Shown: positions 25,945-35,572 of the stretch, one piece after another
Layout: every line of letters starts with the position of its first letter
Numbering within the stretch: position 1 is the first letter of the stretch
IMG/VR virus record: IMGVR_UViG_3300044568_002560
Source of the DNA: an uncultured virus (IMG/VR IMGVR_UViG_3300044568_002560)
Lineage: Duplodnaviria; Heunggongvirae; Uroviricota; Caudoviricetes; Ackermannviridae
Reading direction: 5' to 3' (one strand)
Length of the DNA: 56,667 nucleotides
Position numbers and translations under genes: made by a program
The notes under the pieces: model-generated
The model's database searches: none
Told to the model about the DNA's origin: nothing
What the model saw: only the letters and a program-made list of their open reading frames with translations

Positions 25945-26319
25945 TTAGACAGTAGCAGCAAGTGGCGGCAGAGACGCTGCCCACCACACGATTCCAAGCA
26001 TGGTGTCCATATCAGTGTATCCGCGAACCTCTTCGCTGTCCTTGAAGGGCACAAACTTGCCCATAGGATCAAGCACCGCGATTTCCACAGCCTTGGCTTC
26101 AGGCGTGGTCAGCCCGCCGGGGGGTGTATCACCGTGGCGTTCACCGTTCAGAGTGTGCGAGTACATGCCTGTGCCGTACACCATGCTGATGGTGTATCCG
26201 TTTGCGAGATACAAGCGCATACGCCGCTTGAACGAATCCTTGTATTCATCGGATTCAATGGTGATGCCTGTGAGTAGTCCTTTTGTGGGATTCATTGTGG
26301 GATTCATTGTGGGATTCAT
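25945..26319 (-). CDS. Hypothetical phage protein
   Basis: LANGYTISMVYGTGMYS...VEIAVLD...VRGY motif. Confidence 0.7.
   Translation of the reverse strand: MNPTMNPTMNPTKGLLTGITIESDEYKDSFKRRMRLYLANGYTISMVYGTGMYSHTLNGERHGDTPPGGLTTPEAKAVEIAVLDPMGKFVPFKDSEEVRGYTDMDTMLGIVWWAASLPPLAATV
26284..26319. repeat. 12-bp tandem repeat (TGTGGGATTCAT)x3
   Basis: Read directly; encodes MNPT x3. Confidence 0.9.
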
Positions 26320-26339
26320 TGTGGTTTTCCTTTCGTGGA

Positions 26340-27689
26340 TCAGAAGGGGCACTTGGTGGAAGCAGCAGGAGCGGCATCAACAGGAGCCGCAACAGGATCA
26401 GGAGTCTTGGCAGTCGCGTCGATCTTGGTGTAGAACTCCGTGAACGCATTCTTCGTCTCCTCATCGAAGCGCGACACGCAACGCTCAATGGCTTGCATCT
26501 TGTCGCCGAACACGCTGAACGCGAACACGATGTCACGCAGACGGCGCGTGGTGATGATCTCGTTCACGATCTGCTGCTTGAACGACTTGCGAACCAGATC
26601 AGCCCAGTTCACGAGATTGTCCATGAAATCATCGTCGCTCACACCGAGCGAACCCGCGTACTTCTTGAGAATCTTCTTCTCAACCTTCGGCTCTGCGTAG
26701 TCCTGTTCGTAGCAGAAGTGGAAGCGGTCAAGGAACGCCTCGTTCAACTGATTCGTGCCAGCGAAGCGACCGTCTGCGCTGCCCTTGCCCTTGGTGTTTG
26801 CGGTTGCCACGATGGTGAAACCCGCAGCAGGACGCACATACTGACCAATCTTGGGGATGAACTTGCCCTTGCCCTCCAGCACCGACTGCAAGCACATGAT
26901 GGCGTGACCGCCCAGATCCACCTCGTCAAGCAGCAGCACCGCGCCACGCTCCATTGCCACAAGCACGGGACCGGGAACGAACTTGGTTTCGCCTGCAATC
27001 AGACGGAAACCGCCAAGCAGTTCGTCTTCATCCGTCTGCACGGTGAAATTCACGCGAATGCACTCGCGTCCCAACTTGGCGCACACCTGTTCCACCATCG
27101 TGGTCTTGCCGTTGCCGCTCATGCCCGTGATGAACACAGGGCAAAACGCCTTGGACGCGATAATCGTCTCGATTTCGCTGTGGTAGCCCCACGCAATGTA
27201 GTTGCTGTCGGTGTCAGGCGTGAACGAAGTGCGCTCGCCGCCCGTCAGGCTTGCCACCATGCACGCCGCATCAGCAGTGAGCGACACGCCGCTGCCCGTG
27301 GTGATGCGCGTAGCCACCGAGGAGTCCGCAACCACGGACGCAAGCGCAGCAGCAGCGCGAGACGCAGGAGCCGCAGCAGGTGCGGGAGTCTTGGTTGCGC
27401 TGTTTGCGGTCTTTGCACCCGCAGGGCGACCACGCTTCACCGCGATCACGGTGATATCCGAGTCGCTTGCCATGATTTCGGGCAGCATGTAGAAGCCACG
27501 ACCGGACTTGCGGCTTGCGGTCATGCACCACGCGGGCACTGCGGAGTAGCCAGCGCGCTTGGCAGCAGCAAGCAGTTCGCTGTACATCACGCCGCCGCCC
27601 TTGCCGAAGTTTCCTCCGTGGAAATACGGGCGAACGGCGGTAACGAAGGCGTGCTGGGTCGAAGTAAGAGTGTAGGTAGAGTTCTTCAT
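26340..27689 (-). CDS. MoxR/CobS-type AAA+ ATPase, leaderless
   Basis: Walker A GMSGNGKT, Walker B LLLDEVD, ATANTKGKG, NEAFLDRF, ITTRRL. Confidence 0.92.
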   Translation of the reverse strand: MKNSTYTLTSTQHAFVTAVRPYFHGGNFGKGGGVMYSELLAAAKRAGYSAVPAWCMTASRKSGRGFYMLPEIMASDSDITVIAVKRGRPAGAKTANSATKTPAPAAAPASRAAAALASVVADSSVATRITTGSGVSLTADAACMVASLTGGERTSFTPDTDSNYIAWGYHSEIETIIASKAFCPVFITGMSGNGKTTMVEQVCAKLGRECIRVNFTVQTDEDELLGGFRLIAGETKFVPGPVLVAMERGAVLLLDEVDLGGHAIMCLQSVLEGKGKFIPKIGQYVRPAAGFTIVATANTKGKGSADGRFAGTNQLNEAFLDRFHFCYEQDYAEPKVEKKILKKYAGSLGVSDDDFMDNLVNWADLVRKSFKQQIVNEIITTRRLRDIVFAFSVFGDKMQAIERCVSRFDEETKNAFTEFYTKIDATAKTPDPVAAPVDAAPAASTKCPF

Positions 27690-27822
27690 ATCAATAATTT
27701 ACCCGATTTTTGGGTTCCTGTCAAGGGTTTTTTGCGAAAAACGATTCAAAAAGTCCGATAATCCACTTCGTAAACCCCTGTGGGGAGGGAATTTACGCTG
27801 TTTTTGCAGAATGTGCTGCGGC

Positions 27823-30105
27823 TCACGCCAGTGCAAGGTACTCGCCGATGATGGTGGACAGCGAACGCATGGAATTTGCCATGGCCTGCTTGTTCACCAC
27901 AGCCGTCACCAGCGTGCGGGCACTCTTTGCCGCATCAATCTTCTCGTCCATCTTGTGCATCTGCCGTTCAATCCACGCATTATTGCCTGCGTCACCGAAA
28001 CGCGCTGCCACAGCCACCACCGCAGTGTCAAAACCACACGCAGTACCACGGGCAAAACCGTCACGGCTCCAGTTGTTGCCCTTGGCAGACGGCACAAAGC
28101 CACCCATGTTGGGCACATTAGTGCTTTGACGCTCGGTCAGACCGATCCAGTGCACCTTGGAACCCGTGCGACGGCGCAGAATGTCAATGGCAGCACACAC
28201 CGAAGCGTTGTACGGGTTTTCCCAACGCACAGTGCCACGCTGGAAACTGCCGTACTTGCCGTCAGCACCCGTGCAGTAGTGCGTATCAATATCATACGAC
28301 ACGCCAGTCTGCGGGTCTTGCATCACATGGTGGGTGCGATACCCACTACCACTGGTGTTCGTGAAGAACCCATCGGTGGCTTCGCCGTCAGTCAGCACCA
28401 CGGTGTGTGCAATCTGAATGCGGTTCACCTTGAGGAAGTTCTCCACAACAGGCACAATGTGGTACAGTGCCGAAACGGTGGGCGTGGAACCCATGCGGTA
28501 GCAGCGATCATTGGTGATCGTGCCCCAGTGCCGCCACAACATGCTCTTCATGCGCTCGTACTGCGGAGCGGTCATGCGACTGCTAAAGAAATTCAGCAGA
28601 CTCACCTGCACGGTTGCAGCCTTGCCAATCATGGGCTTTTCCCACGCTTCGCGCTGTGCCTTGTACTGCGTGTACACATCGTCGCTGTACGGATCAACCC
28701 CCTTCTCCAACTTGAGGTACGGCGAATCGGTGAACGCAAACACTTCAAAGGGGATGCCAGCCATGCGGCAGAAATCAGTCAAGATGATCAACTGACCCAG
28801 AGTCTGCTGCATGATGCTGCACATGGAGCCGCTCCAGTCAAGCAGAATCACGATGCCGTGGTTCTTGCCAGTGGTGACGCGAGCGGTGCGACGGAAAATG
28901 TCTTCGTTCCACTTGTACTGCGTCATGCGGAGAGGATCAACGCCACCAGTCTTGGCAATCACGGTGCGCTTCCAAATATCCGCAGACTTGCGACGATCAA
29001 ACGCGGTAGCCATCGCGGTGCTGGCAGTCTTGTACTCTGCGCTGCGGAACGGCTCCACAACGGGATTGAGACGAGCCACGATGCGCTCCACATCAGCGAG
29101 CACGCTCTTGAAGTCCACAACAGCGTCCTGTGTATCGCACACGCGCAGCGTCTTGACATCGTAACCGCTGCGGCTGGTGTCGTTCAGCGTCTTCATGGCA
29201 TTCTCAAAAGCACTCTGCGTGGTGGGCATGGGCATATCGCTCTGCGGCTTCTCGCTCTGCGAATTGCCGTGCGACGGCTGGTTGCCACCAGTGTCGCCAC
29301 CCTGCGAGTCTTCAGGGCTACCGCCGTTGCTAGCGGATTCGTCGCCACCATCAGTAGTGGTGCTGCCGCTCTCGCTCTTGGCTTCGCCTTCACCGCTGCC
29401 CGACTGTGACTGGCTCTCCTGCTCTTCGCCTTCGCCCGAGCCACTCGCGCCGTCCGACTGGTCGCTGTTGCTGTCCTGCTTTTCCTTCATCCACTTGCCA
29501 GCGTCCACCGCAAGCATGGCATCAGCAGCAGCAACAGCGTCTTCCCAAGTCTGTGCAGCATCAAGCGCGTCCACGATGCCCTGCTCGTGCGCGTTGAAAG
29601 TAATGCTTGCACCAGTGTGCAGACCCAACTTGAAGTGGAGGTTCACGCGGTCGCCGCAGCACAGGGTGTTCCAGTCGCTGCCCTGCGTCTTGAAGAAGTC
29701 CTGCGCGAGCAGTTCACCGTAACCCTTGAAGAAGTCTGCACGCAGACCGGGGAACTGATTCTTAATCAGTCGCTCAATGCGAGCGTCTTCTGCAATGTTG
29801 AGGTACTGACGCGCCACACCCTCGCTCACGCCGTGCTTGGCGGCAAGCGTCTTGGAGTCCGTGCTCCAGCCGGTCTGCGGCGTGTGCAGCGCGTGCGACA
29901 CTTCGTGACCCACAAGCATATCGTAGAGCGCGTTGCTCATATCCTTCCAACGGGGCAGGATGAGGGTGCGGGTCTTCAAGTCGAACGCAGCGGTGGGCAC
30001 ATTGCTGTGCTCCACGGAAATGTTTTCAGTGGCAAGAAGACGCGCAAGCACGCTCTTGGTGGAGGTGTTCGGGGCGGTGGTAGCCGTAGCGGTAGAGTTC
30101 TGCAT
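27823..30105 (-). CDS. CobT-like protein: HExxH metallopeptidase domain plus VWA domain, leaderless
   Basis: LARLLATENI, HEVSHAL, EDARIE, acidic linker, DWSGSM MIDAS, LTDGE. Confidence 0.92.
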   Translation of the reverse strand: MQNSTATATTAPNTSTKSVLARLLATENISVEHSNVPTAAFDLKTRTLILPRWKDMSNALYDMLVGHEVSHALHTPQTGWSTDSKTLAAKHGVSEGVARQYLNIAEDARIERLIKNQFPGLRADFFKGYGELLAQDFFKTQGSDWNTLCCGDRVNLHFKLGLHTGASITFNAHEQGIVDALDAAQTWEDAVAAADAMLAVDAGKWMKEKQDSNSDQSDGASGSGEGEEQESQSQSGSGEGEAKSESGSTTTDGGDESASNGGSPEDSQGGDTGGNQPSHGNSQSEKPQSDMPMPTTQSAFENAMKTLNDTSRSGYDVKTLRVCDTQDAVVDFKSVLADVERIVARLNPVVEPFRSAEYKTASTAMATAFDRRKSADIWKRTVIAKTGGVDPLRMTQYKWNEDIFRRTARVTTGKNHGIVILLDWSGSMCSIMQQTLGQLIILTDFCRMAGIPFEVFAFTDSPYLKLEKGVDPYSDDVYTQYKAQREAWEKPMIGKAATVQVSLLNFFSSRMTAPQYERMKSMLWRHWGTITNDRCYRMGSTPTVSALYHIVPVVENFLKVNRIQIAHTVVLTDGEATDGFFTNTSGSGYRTHHVMQDPQTGVSYDIDTHYCTGADGKYGSFQRGTVRWENPYNASVCAAIDILRRRTGSKVHWIGLTERQSTNVPNMGGFVPSAKGNNWSRDGFARGTACGFDTAVVAVAARFGDAGNNAWIERQMHKMDEKIDAAKSARTLVTAVVNKQAMANSMRSLSTIIGEYLALA

Positions 30106-30268
30106 ACCTAAAATATACCATAAAAACGGGGCTTTGCAAGGGGTATTTCCATTTAAAGTATTCCAATGTCCGGTAATAGCGCGTATAACTGCTTTCAAAT
30201 AAAGGGTTTACGCTTTTCTTCCATTTTCCTTGTGGTAGAATAGCAACATACCTCTGGAGGATTCCCGC

Positions 30269-30703
30269 ATGGCGTACCTAAAGAACCCCCGTGTCCGCGA
30301 CTTCATCCGCACCATCCGCTCACAGTGCCGCAAGTGCAATATTCGTTTTGTAATGAGCAGCGGCTACCAAATTAATTCATTGGACGGCGAACGCTGCCAA
30401 GGCATTTTTGAACCGCCTGACCACACTGCAAAGAGTACCTCTGCTGCACGCGGTGCTTTAAAGGTAGCCACAGGTGGTCGCCGTACTAGCGAATGGCTGT
30501 TCTCACTAGCACACGAATACGCCCACTTTCTACAGTGGATGCGTGATGACCCTATTTTCAACGAGAAAGACTACTACACCTTGGAAGAAGCCACCGAGCG
30601 GGAAGCACTGGAAATCTGCCGAGAATTCAGATTGCCCATGCCTCGCCGTGTACTGCTGCGAGAAAAAAAGAATTACCTTAAGAAACTCAAGGGGGGTGTG
30701 TAA
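30269..30703 (+). CDS. Zincin-like (HExxH) metallopeptidase
   Basis: LAHEYAHFLQW...E; SD GGAGG. Confidence 0.75.
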   Translation: MAYLKNPRVRDFIRTIRSQCRKCNIRFVMSSGYQINSLDGERCQGIFEPPDHTAKSTSAARGALKVATGGRRTSEWLFSLAHEYAHFLQWMRDDPIFNEKDYYTLEEATEREALEICREFRLPMPRRVLLREKKNYLKKLKGGV

Positions 30704-30727
30704 TAGATAGAGCGGAGGATTTACACT

Positions 30728-31015
30728 ATGCCCGTATACGAATACCATTGTGAGAAATGCAGCGGCGCGTGGGAGACGGTGCTGCCTATCCCAGAACGCG
30801 ACTCCCCGTGTGCTGCCCCGTGTCCCAAATGTAAAAAGCGGAAATGCGTGCGGCGTGGGGTGAGTGTGTGTACGATGGGGGTGGACGCTACCAAGGGGCC
30901 AGGCAGCGAGTTCAAGGCGTTAATGAATAAAATGAAGCGGGGACAGCCCAAGTCCACACACAACACTTTAGATAAAGCCGCAAGTCTGCGTGGTAAAAAA
31001 TACGGCGCAATGTAA
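30728..31015 (+). CDS. FmdB-family zinc-ribbon protein
   Basis: MPVYEYHCEKC...PCPKC. Confidence 0.88.
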   Translation: MPVYEYHCEKCSGAWETVLPIPERDSPCAAPCPKCKKRKCVRRGVSVCTMGVDATKGPGSEFKALMNKMKRGQPKSTHNTLDKAASLRGKKYGAM

Positions 31016-31155
31016 AGCCGTATCACACGCTCAACCCTATTATTTCAGGTATTCCGTAATGTGGGGCAGAGTGGGGCGATGTGGTGCAATATTCTCAAAT
31101 ATTAGACAGAAACGCCCATAGCATTCAGATATAGGGGTTTCCTACATATTTGCAC

Positions 31156-31569
31156 ATGAAATCGTTTTCTGCACACCTCGCCACCAACACACACAGCCCA
31201 CGCCCTCGTGGCGAGTACTTTGTTAGTAGATTTACCATTACTGGAACCGTGATCTCTGCGGTAGCCGTACACGGGCGGCTAACCAAAAACTACAGAAATA
31301 AAAAACTGTTTTGGCGGTGGCGTGTGCGTATACACACATCCGAAGGGTGGATGCTCATGGGGTATATCGGCACGAGCGAAACACGGGAAGACCTGCCTCC
31401 GCTCCGTGTGGGCGACACCGTGGAAGTACGCGACCTTGTGCTGTCCAGAACCACAGGCGGTGCTTGGGCAGAACGAAACGCAGTAGTGGGCGCACCACTA
31501 GACTACCGCTCCAACCTGTTCTCTCGCCAACTACACGGCACGATTAAAAGGGGTACAACCACCGTATGA
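31156..31569 (+). CDS. Hypothetical (OB-fold-like) late protein
   Basis: CTACATA at 31142-31148; MKSFSAHL start. Confidence 0.6.
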   Translation: MKSFSAHLATNTHSPRPRGEYFVSRFTITGTVISAVAVHGRLTKNYRNKKLFWRWRVRIHTSEGWMLMGYIGTSETREDLPPLRVGDTVEVRDLVLSRTTGGAWAERNAVVGAPLDYRSNLFSRQLHGTIKRGTTTV

Positions 31570-31985
31570 AACGCTTTGCCGCCCACATCACCGAAGCCGC
31601 CACCGACGCAGCACGCCGTAAAAGCCGTATGGAGTCGTCCATGAGTGCGTTCATGGAAAAGGTACGGCACAGTTCGCGTACCCACGCAGTCATTCACGCG
31701 TGGATACTAATGGAACCCGAACAGCACAGTGGCAACAGGCTTACACCTGCTTCCAGTGGCAAAACGCCTGTACACGCATGGGTGGAAGACGCTACCGATT
31801 CCCAATATGTGTACCACTACCGTGGGGAGTACTGGTGGAATCCGTCTCGTGGTGACTGGTGGATGCGTGGGCGTACCCGTGTACACAAGAGTGACGCACG
31901 AGCGGACTGGGACAAATTGGAACGCACCGCTGTGGGCACAGGCGAGTGGAGTGACGGTGTGCTGACAGTGTTGAGTGTCAAGTAA
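31566..31985 (+). CDS. Putative internal virion protein
   Basis: MKRFAAHITE start; DARADWDKL. Confidence 0.65.
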   Translation: MKRFAAHITEAATDAARRKSRMESSMSAFMEKVRHSSRTHAVIHAWILMEPEQHSGNRLTPASSGKTPVHAWVEDATDSQYVYHYRGEYWWNPSRGDWWMRGRTRVHKSDARADWDKLERTAVGTGEWSDGVLTVLSVK

Positions 31986-31989
31986 AAGT

Positions 31990-32217
31990 ATGAAATGCCC
32001 CCACACATTCTTTGCCGAAGCACGGCTCGCACGCGACTCGCTTAGTGCTTTGGGTGCGGCAAACACAAACGATTTGCGGGAGTATCCGGGCGCACGGGGT
32101 GAGCGTGCCCACAAGCGGTTGCACCGTGAAATTGCTAAAGTGCTGAAGGGGCGGCTGTCCAAGACTGGAGCCGAACTTGCAGTGGGTATGAACGAAGCGC
32201 GGAGCCGTAAACACTAA
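31990..32217 (+). CDS. Hypothetical protein
   Basis: Packed plus-strand ORF. Confidence 0.45.
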   Translation: MKCPHTFFAEARLARDSLSALGAANTNDLREYPGARGERAHKRLHREIAKVLKGRLSKTGAELAVGMNEARSRKH

Positions 32218-32244
32218 ATAATAAAAACAGGAGAACAACCCCAC

Positions 32245-33186
32245 ATGAACCCCATCCACAACCCCTTTTCTCGTGACGAACACCCTGATCTGACCGCTGC
32301 CATTAACGGCGTGGTGAACGGGCAACCCCGACCTGTAGAGGAAGACATCCAAACCCCTGCTCGTGAGCGGCAGATGAAGCGCAAGATGAAGGCAGCAGAA
32401 CACGGCAGCGACGCAGCGTCTAGCCGCTACATTCAGGCATGGGACGCAGAAGCCAAGTCTCCTGACACCAACCCCAAGGCAGCAAAGGCACTTCGTGCGG
32501 CTGGAGAGCGTTTCAACGCAGCAGTAAAAAAGCGAAATGCACTGTACACCACTCAACGCAAGGAAGGCAGCAGCAAAAAGACATACGGTGTGGGCGGCAA
32601 GGTGGTGCGTGAATCCGCGTCTCCACAAGGCGGTGACAAAAAGCCGTTCAACCCATTCAACCCCACGCTGGGCGATCTGCTCCGCTCAAAGCAACAGGAC
32701 AAAAAAGCACCAAAGGGCAAGCCTGTAAAGGAAGCCGTGACACCTGCTCAACAAAAGGTGTTTGCCCGTGAACGGGAGCGGATGCTGAACGCACTCAACA
32801 ACCCCAAGCAGAAACTCTCACCCACCGAGCGTGAAGCAGTGCTGGCTCGTGGGGCGCGCAATGCTGCTGCCGAAACCCGCAAAGGTGCGGTGTCACCCAC
32901 TGGTGAGAAGTCACCCATCCATTCCGCAGCCAAGGCACACCACGAGTACGCTCGTCGTGAAAGCAAGAAACTGGATGCAATAGCCAAGCGCAAGGTACAG
33001 GAAGGCGCACAACTAGACGAACGCATCATTGACGAAGTGGATTTCTTTCAAGCGTCCAAGAATCTGCTTACAGGCAAAGGCTTCAAGACCAACCGTGAGG
33101 TGAGTGGCGCACGAGTAAACGCCAACATGGCAGCAATGCAGCGTCGTAAAGCACGAGCAGCCAAGACAGCCAAGAAAACTAAATAA
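32245..33186 (+). CDS. Basic modular putative internal head protein
   Basis: CTAAATA 32214-32220, SD AGGAG; modules separated by VxE/LxE. Confidence 0.75.
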   Translation: MNPIHNPFSRDEHPDLTAAINGVVNGQPRPVEEDIQTPARERQMKRKMKAAEHGSDAASSRYIQAWDAEAKSPDTNPKAAKALRAAGERFNAAVKKRNALYTTQRKEGSSKKTYGVGGKVVRESASPQGGDKKPFNPFNPTLGDLLRSKQQDKKAPKGKPVKEAVTPAQQKVFARERERMLNALNNPKQKLSPTEREAVLARGARNAAAETRKGAVSPTGEKSPIHSAAKAHHEYARRESKKLDAIAKRKVQEGAQLDERIIDEVDFFQASKNLLTGKGFKTNREVSGARVNANMAAMQRRKARAAKTAKKTK

Positions 33187-33206
33187 CAGCACAAGGAGAT
33201 ACACTA

Positions 33207-33767
33207 ATGGCACGATTCAACACCAACACATTCCGTTCGCTCAACGAGAGCATTGCACGCATCCAAAACCCAATTGCTGCACTGGACGAGGCTATGGAGT
33301 ACACCAGTATTCTTGAAGCAGTAATTCTTGACCTTTGCGAAGCACTAGACCTTGATCCACAGGCACTACTAGAAGACTTGCAGACTCCTGAACGAGATTA
33401 CGAAATGTACTCAAGCATCCGTAAAAAGAAACAGGCAGCGGATAAGCATAGACTCAAGGCAAAAGACACATCAACGCCTGCACGCAAGCGAGCAGCGGTT
33501 GCACATAAACTCAAGGCAAAAGACGCAGCAGCGGATGCACGCAAACTCAAGGCAACAGACGCAGCAGAAAAGGCTGACAAAGAGAATGTGTACGGCACGG
33601 GTGGCAAAGTGGTGGATACTCGTACAGCGTACAATCAGCGAGTAAATCGTAAATGGACTGCCGCAGACAAGAAAGAGTGGGCACGAACTCACTACGGTAA
33701 TACGGGGCGAGAAATAGAGTACGATGACAGCAGGAGCACCATCCCTTACAGGAATTACAAACGGTAA
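33207..33767 (+). CDS. Modular putative internal head protein
   Basis: N-terminal ~62 aa closely similar to the 51694-52305 protein. Confidence 0.75.
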   Translation: MARFNTNTFRSLNESIARIQNPIAALDEAMEYTSILEAVILDLCEALDLDPQALLEDLQTPERDYEMYSSIRKKKQAADKHRLKAKDTSTPARKRAAVAHKLKAKDAAADARKLKATDAAEKADKENVYGTGGKVVDTRTAYNQRVNRKWTAADKKEWARTHYGNTGREIEYDDSRSTIPYRNYKR

Positions 33768-33791
33768 ACCCAAAATCAATTTGTAAAAAAG

Positions 33792-33819
33792 AATCCCCCC
33801 GCAAGGGGGTTTTTCTTTT
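33792..33819 (+). terminator. Intrinsic terminator
   Basis: CCCCC-GCAA-GGGGG hairpin plus T-tract. Confidence 0.75.
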
Positions 33820-33849
33820 GCCTAAATAATTGCTATAACGGAGAAGCAC

Positions 33850-34770
33850 ATGCCATCAAACACAGACCTAGCAGATGTGAATGAAATTTATGTTGGTTAT
33901 TTACTGGCAGGTAGTAAATGGTGGGATGCCGAAGCAAAAAATCAATTCAATCGCAAATCCAAGGTGATTGGTGCGTCACGAACTGCTATTCAAATTGAAC
34001 GGGCAGAACGAATGGTTGAAGAGTTTTTGATATGGGCAAAAGCACACAAATACTCTGGAAAAGTAAAAAAGGTGTGGTGGACTGCACGACCGGGTGTGCT
34101 GTCTCGTGCGGTTGGACGAGAAGTAGACTCACGCAAGAATCCCACAGACATTCTTATACAATTCACCAGAGGGCCAGTTGACGGATTCTTGGGTCTGTCC
34201 GCAAAATCCACATCAGGTGGGGGTGATATTGGTTTCAAGAATCCGGGTATTGGAACCGTGGAAGCCGCACTTGAAGTGGATTTGAGCACTGTGCTCACAG
34301 AAGCAGTAACCACTGCTGTAAAAAAATTTAAACTACCAGAAAACTCAAAAGCACGAAAAGACGCTATTCGTAACAAACCCGGCGTACAAAAACAAACACA
34401 AGAGATAGGATCACAAGTGCTTGCCAAGGTGCGAGACATCATGTACACCCGCTTGAACGAACTTGATAGTTTAAAGTTGCGTGATTACATATTGAAAAAT
34501 TGGTTGGATGCCAGTAATGATTTATACCCACCGTATGTTAAAGTCACGGGCATGGGCGACAAACCGGGAAAGATTACTGCCAAAGTAGACGACCCGCTCA
34601 AGAACAAAAAACTTGACGCAATTATGAAGGGTGAAATTTCAATAGAAAAAGTTGGAAACGAATCAATAGGTGTGAGTGCAAGTGGTAAAAAAATCCTGAA
34701 AATGAGAGCCAAGTTTGAATCTGAAAAATTAGCGTCCACCATTAAATTTTCGGGTGATCCGTGGAGTTGA
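33850..34770 (+). CDS. PD-(D/E)XK-type endonuclease-like protein
   Basis: DVNE...NPTDILI...GLSAK; CTAAATA 33822-33828. Confidence 0.65.
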   Translation: MPSNTDLADVNEIYVGYLLAGSKWWDAEAKNQFNRKSKVIGASRTAIQIERAERMVEEFLIWAKAHKYSGKVKKVWWTARPGVLSRAVGREVDSRKNPTDILIQFTRGPVDGFLGLSAKSTSGGGDIGFKNPGIGTVEAALEVDLSTVLTEAVTTAVKKFKLPENSKARKDAIRNKPGVQKQTQEIGSQVLAKVRDIMYTRLNELDSLKLRDYILKNWLDASNDLYPPYVKVTGMGDKPGKITAKVDDPLKNKKLDAIMKGEISIEKVGNESIGVSASGKKILKMRAKFESEKLASTIKFSGDPWS

Positions 34771-34801
34771 AACCTGCTCTACATATTCTAAAGGAAAACA
34801 C

Positions 34802-35572
34802 ATGAAAGACTATTTCCAATTTATCCGTAATCTACACGAGCGTCTAGGCATTTACGATAACCCTAATGCTTTTGACCCAGCGAGTGCTGATCCTGAATCT
34901 CCTCGTGCTCGTAAACTAACACACGAATTTGATCGCAGGATGCGTGCAGCAGGCACAAGCAAGGGGTACAAGCAAGCCCTGTCCGCAGCGTGGGCAGGAA
35001 TTCGTGCCAAGCGTAAAGCAGCAGCACAAAAGCCGTCTCGTACTCCGTATCCGTGGGGCAACAAGACCAGCATTGCAGGCTGGTGGAATCCCAAACTGGA
35101 AAACTACACATTCTCGCACAGCAACGGCTACCATGTAACACAATTGGTAAGAAACCCGTCTCGTTTCGGTATTAGTCAGCAAGAATTGTATGAAGGATTA
35201 AAAAAAGAGGGATACTACTATAATCAAAGGGGTTTGGGTTGGTACGACAAAAACGGAGACGAGCACATGTACACTGCTGAACGAGTCAAAGAGCGAATAG
35301 AAAAAGAGGACATGGATTTGGCTTACGAAGTCCAGCGTGTTGCGTACATAAAGGGTTGGCTCAAAGTGTACAGCGGTGGAGAAAAAACACCGTCTCTTGA
35401 AGGCATTGATCGCAGTTCCATTAAAGCCGCACTTCGTGAAATACTATCCGTGCGACCAGAAATAATAGATTTGGGCGGCAGCGTAGAAATCTTTGAAGTA
35501 GGCTTGGTACGAAACACACAGAAACTCCGCTGGCTGCGTGGCAAAGAAATACTAGATTACCTGAACTCGTAA
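34802..35572 (+). CDS. Putative internal virion protein
   Basis: CTACATA 34779-34785; MKDYFQFIRNLHE. Confidence 0.7.
   Translation: MKDYFQFIRNLHERLGIYDNPNAFDPASADPESPRARKLTHEFDRRMRAAGTSKGYKQALSAAWAGIRAKRKAAAQKPSRTPYPWGNKTSIAGWWNPKLENYTFSHSNGYHVTQLVRNPSRFGISQQELYEGLKKEGYYYNQRGLGWYDKNGDEHMYTAERVKERIEKEDMDLAYEVQRVAYIKGWLKVYSGGEKTPSLEGIDRSSIKAALREILSVRPEIIDLGGSVEIFEVGLVRNTQKLRWLRGKEILDYLNS

Noticed and set aside
26283..29409. Long plus-strand ORFs 26283-27761 and 27811-29409
   Set aside because: Antisense shadows of the GC-rich AAA and VWA genes, with no protein motifs
26340..30105. Cobalamin biosynthesis (cobS/cobT) supporting NrdJ
   Set aside because: No cobN; this AAA+VWA/peptidase pair is a common T4-like phage module usually mislabelled as cobaltochelatase
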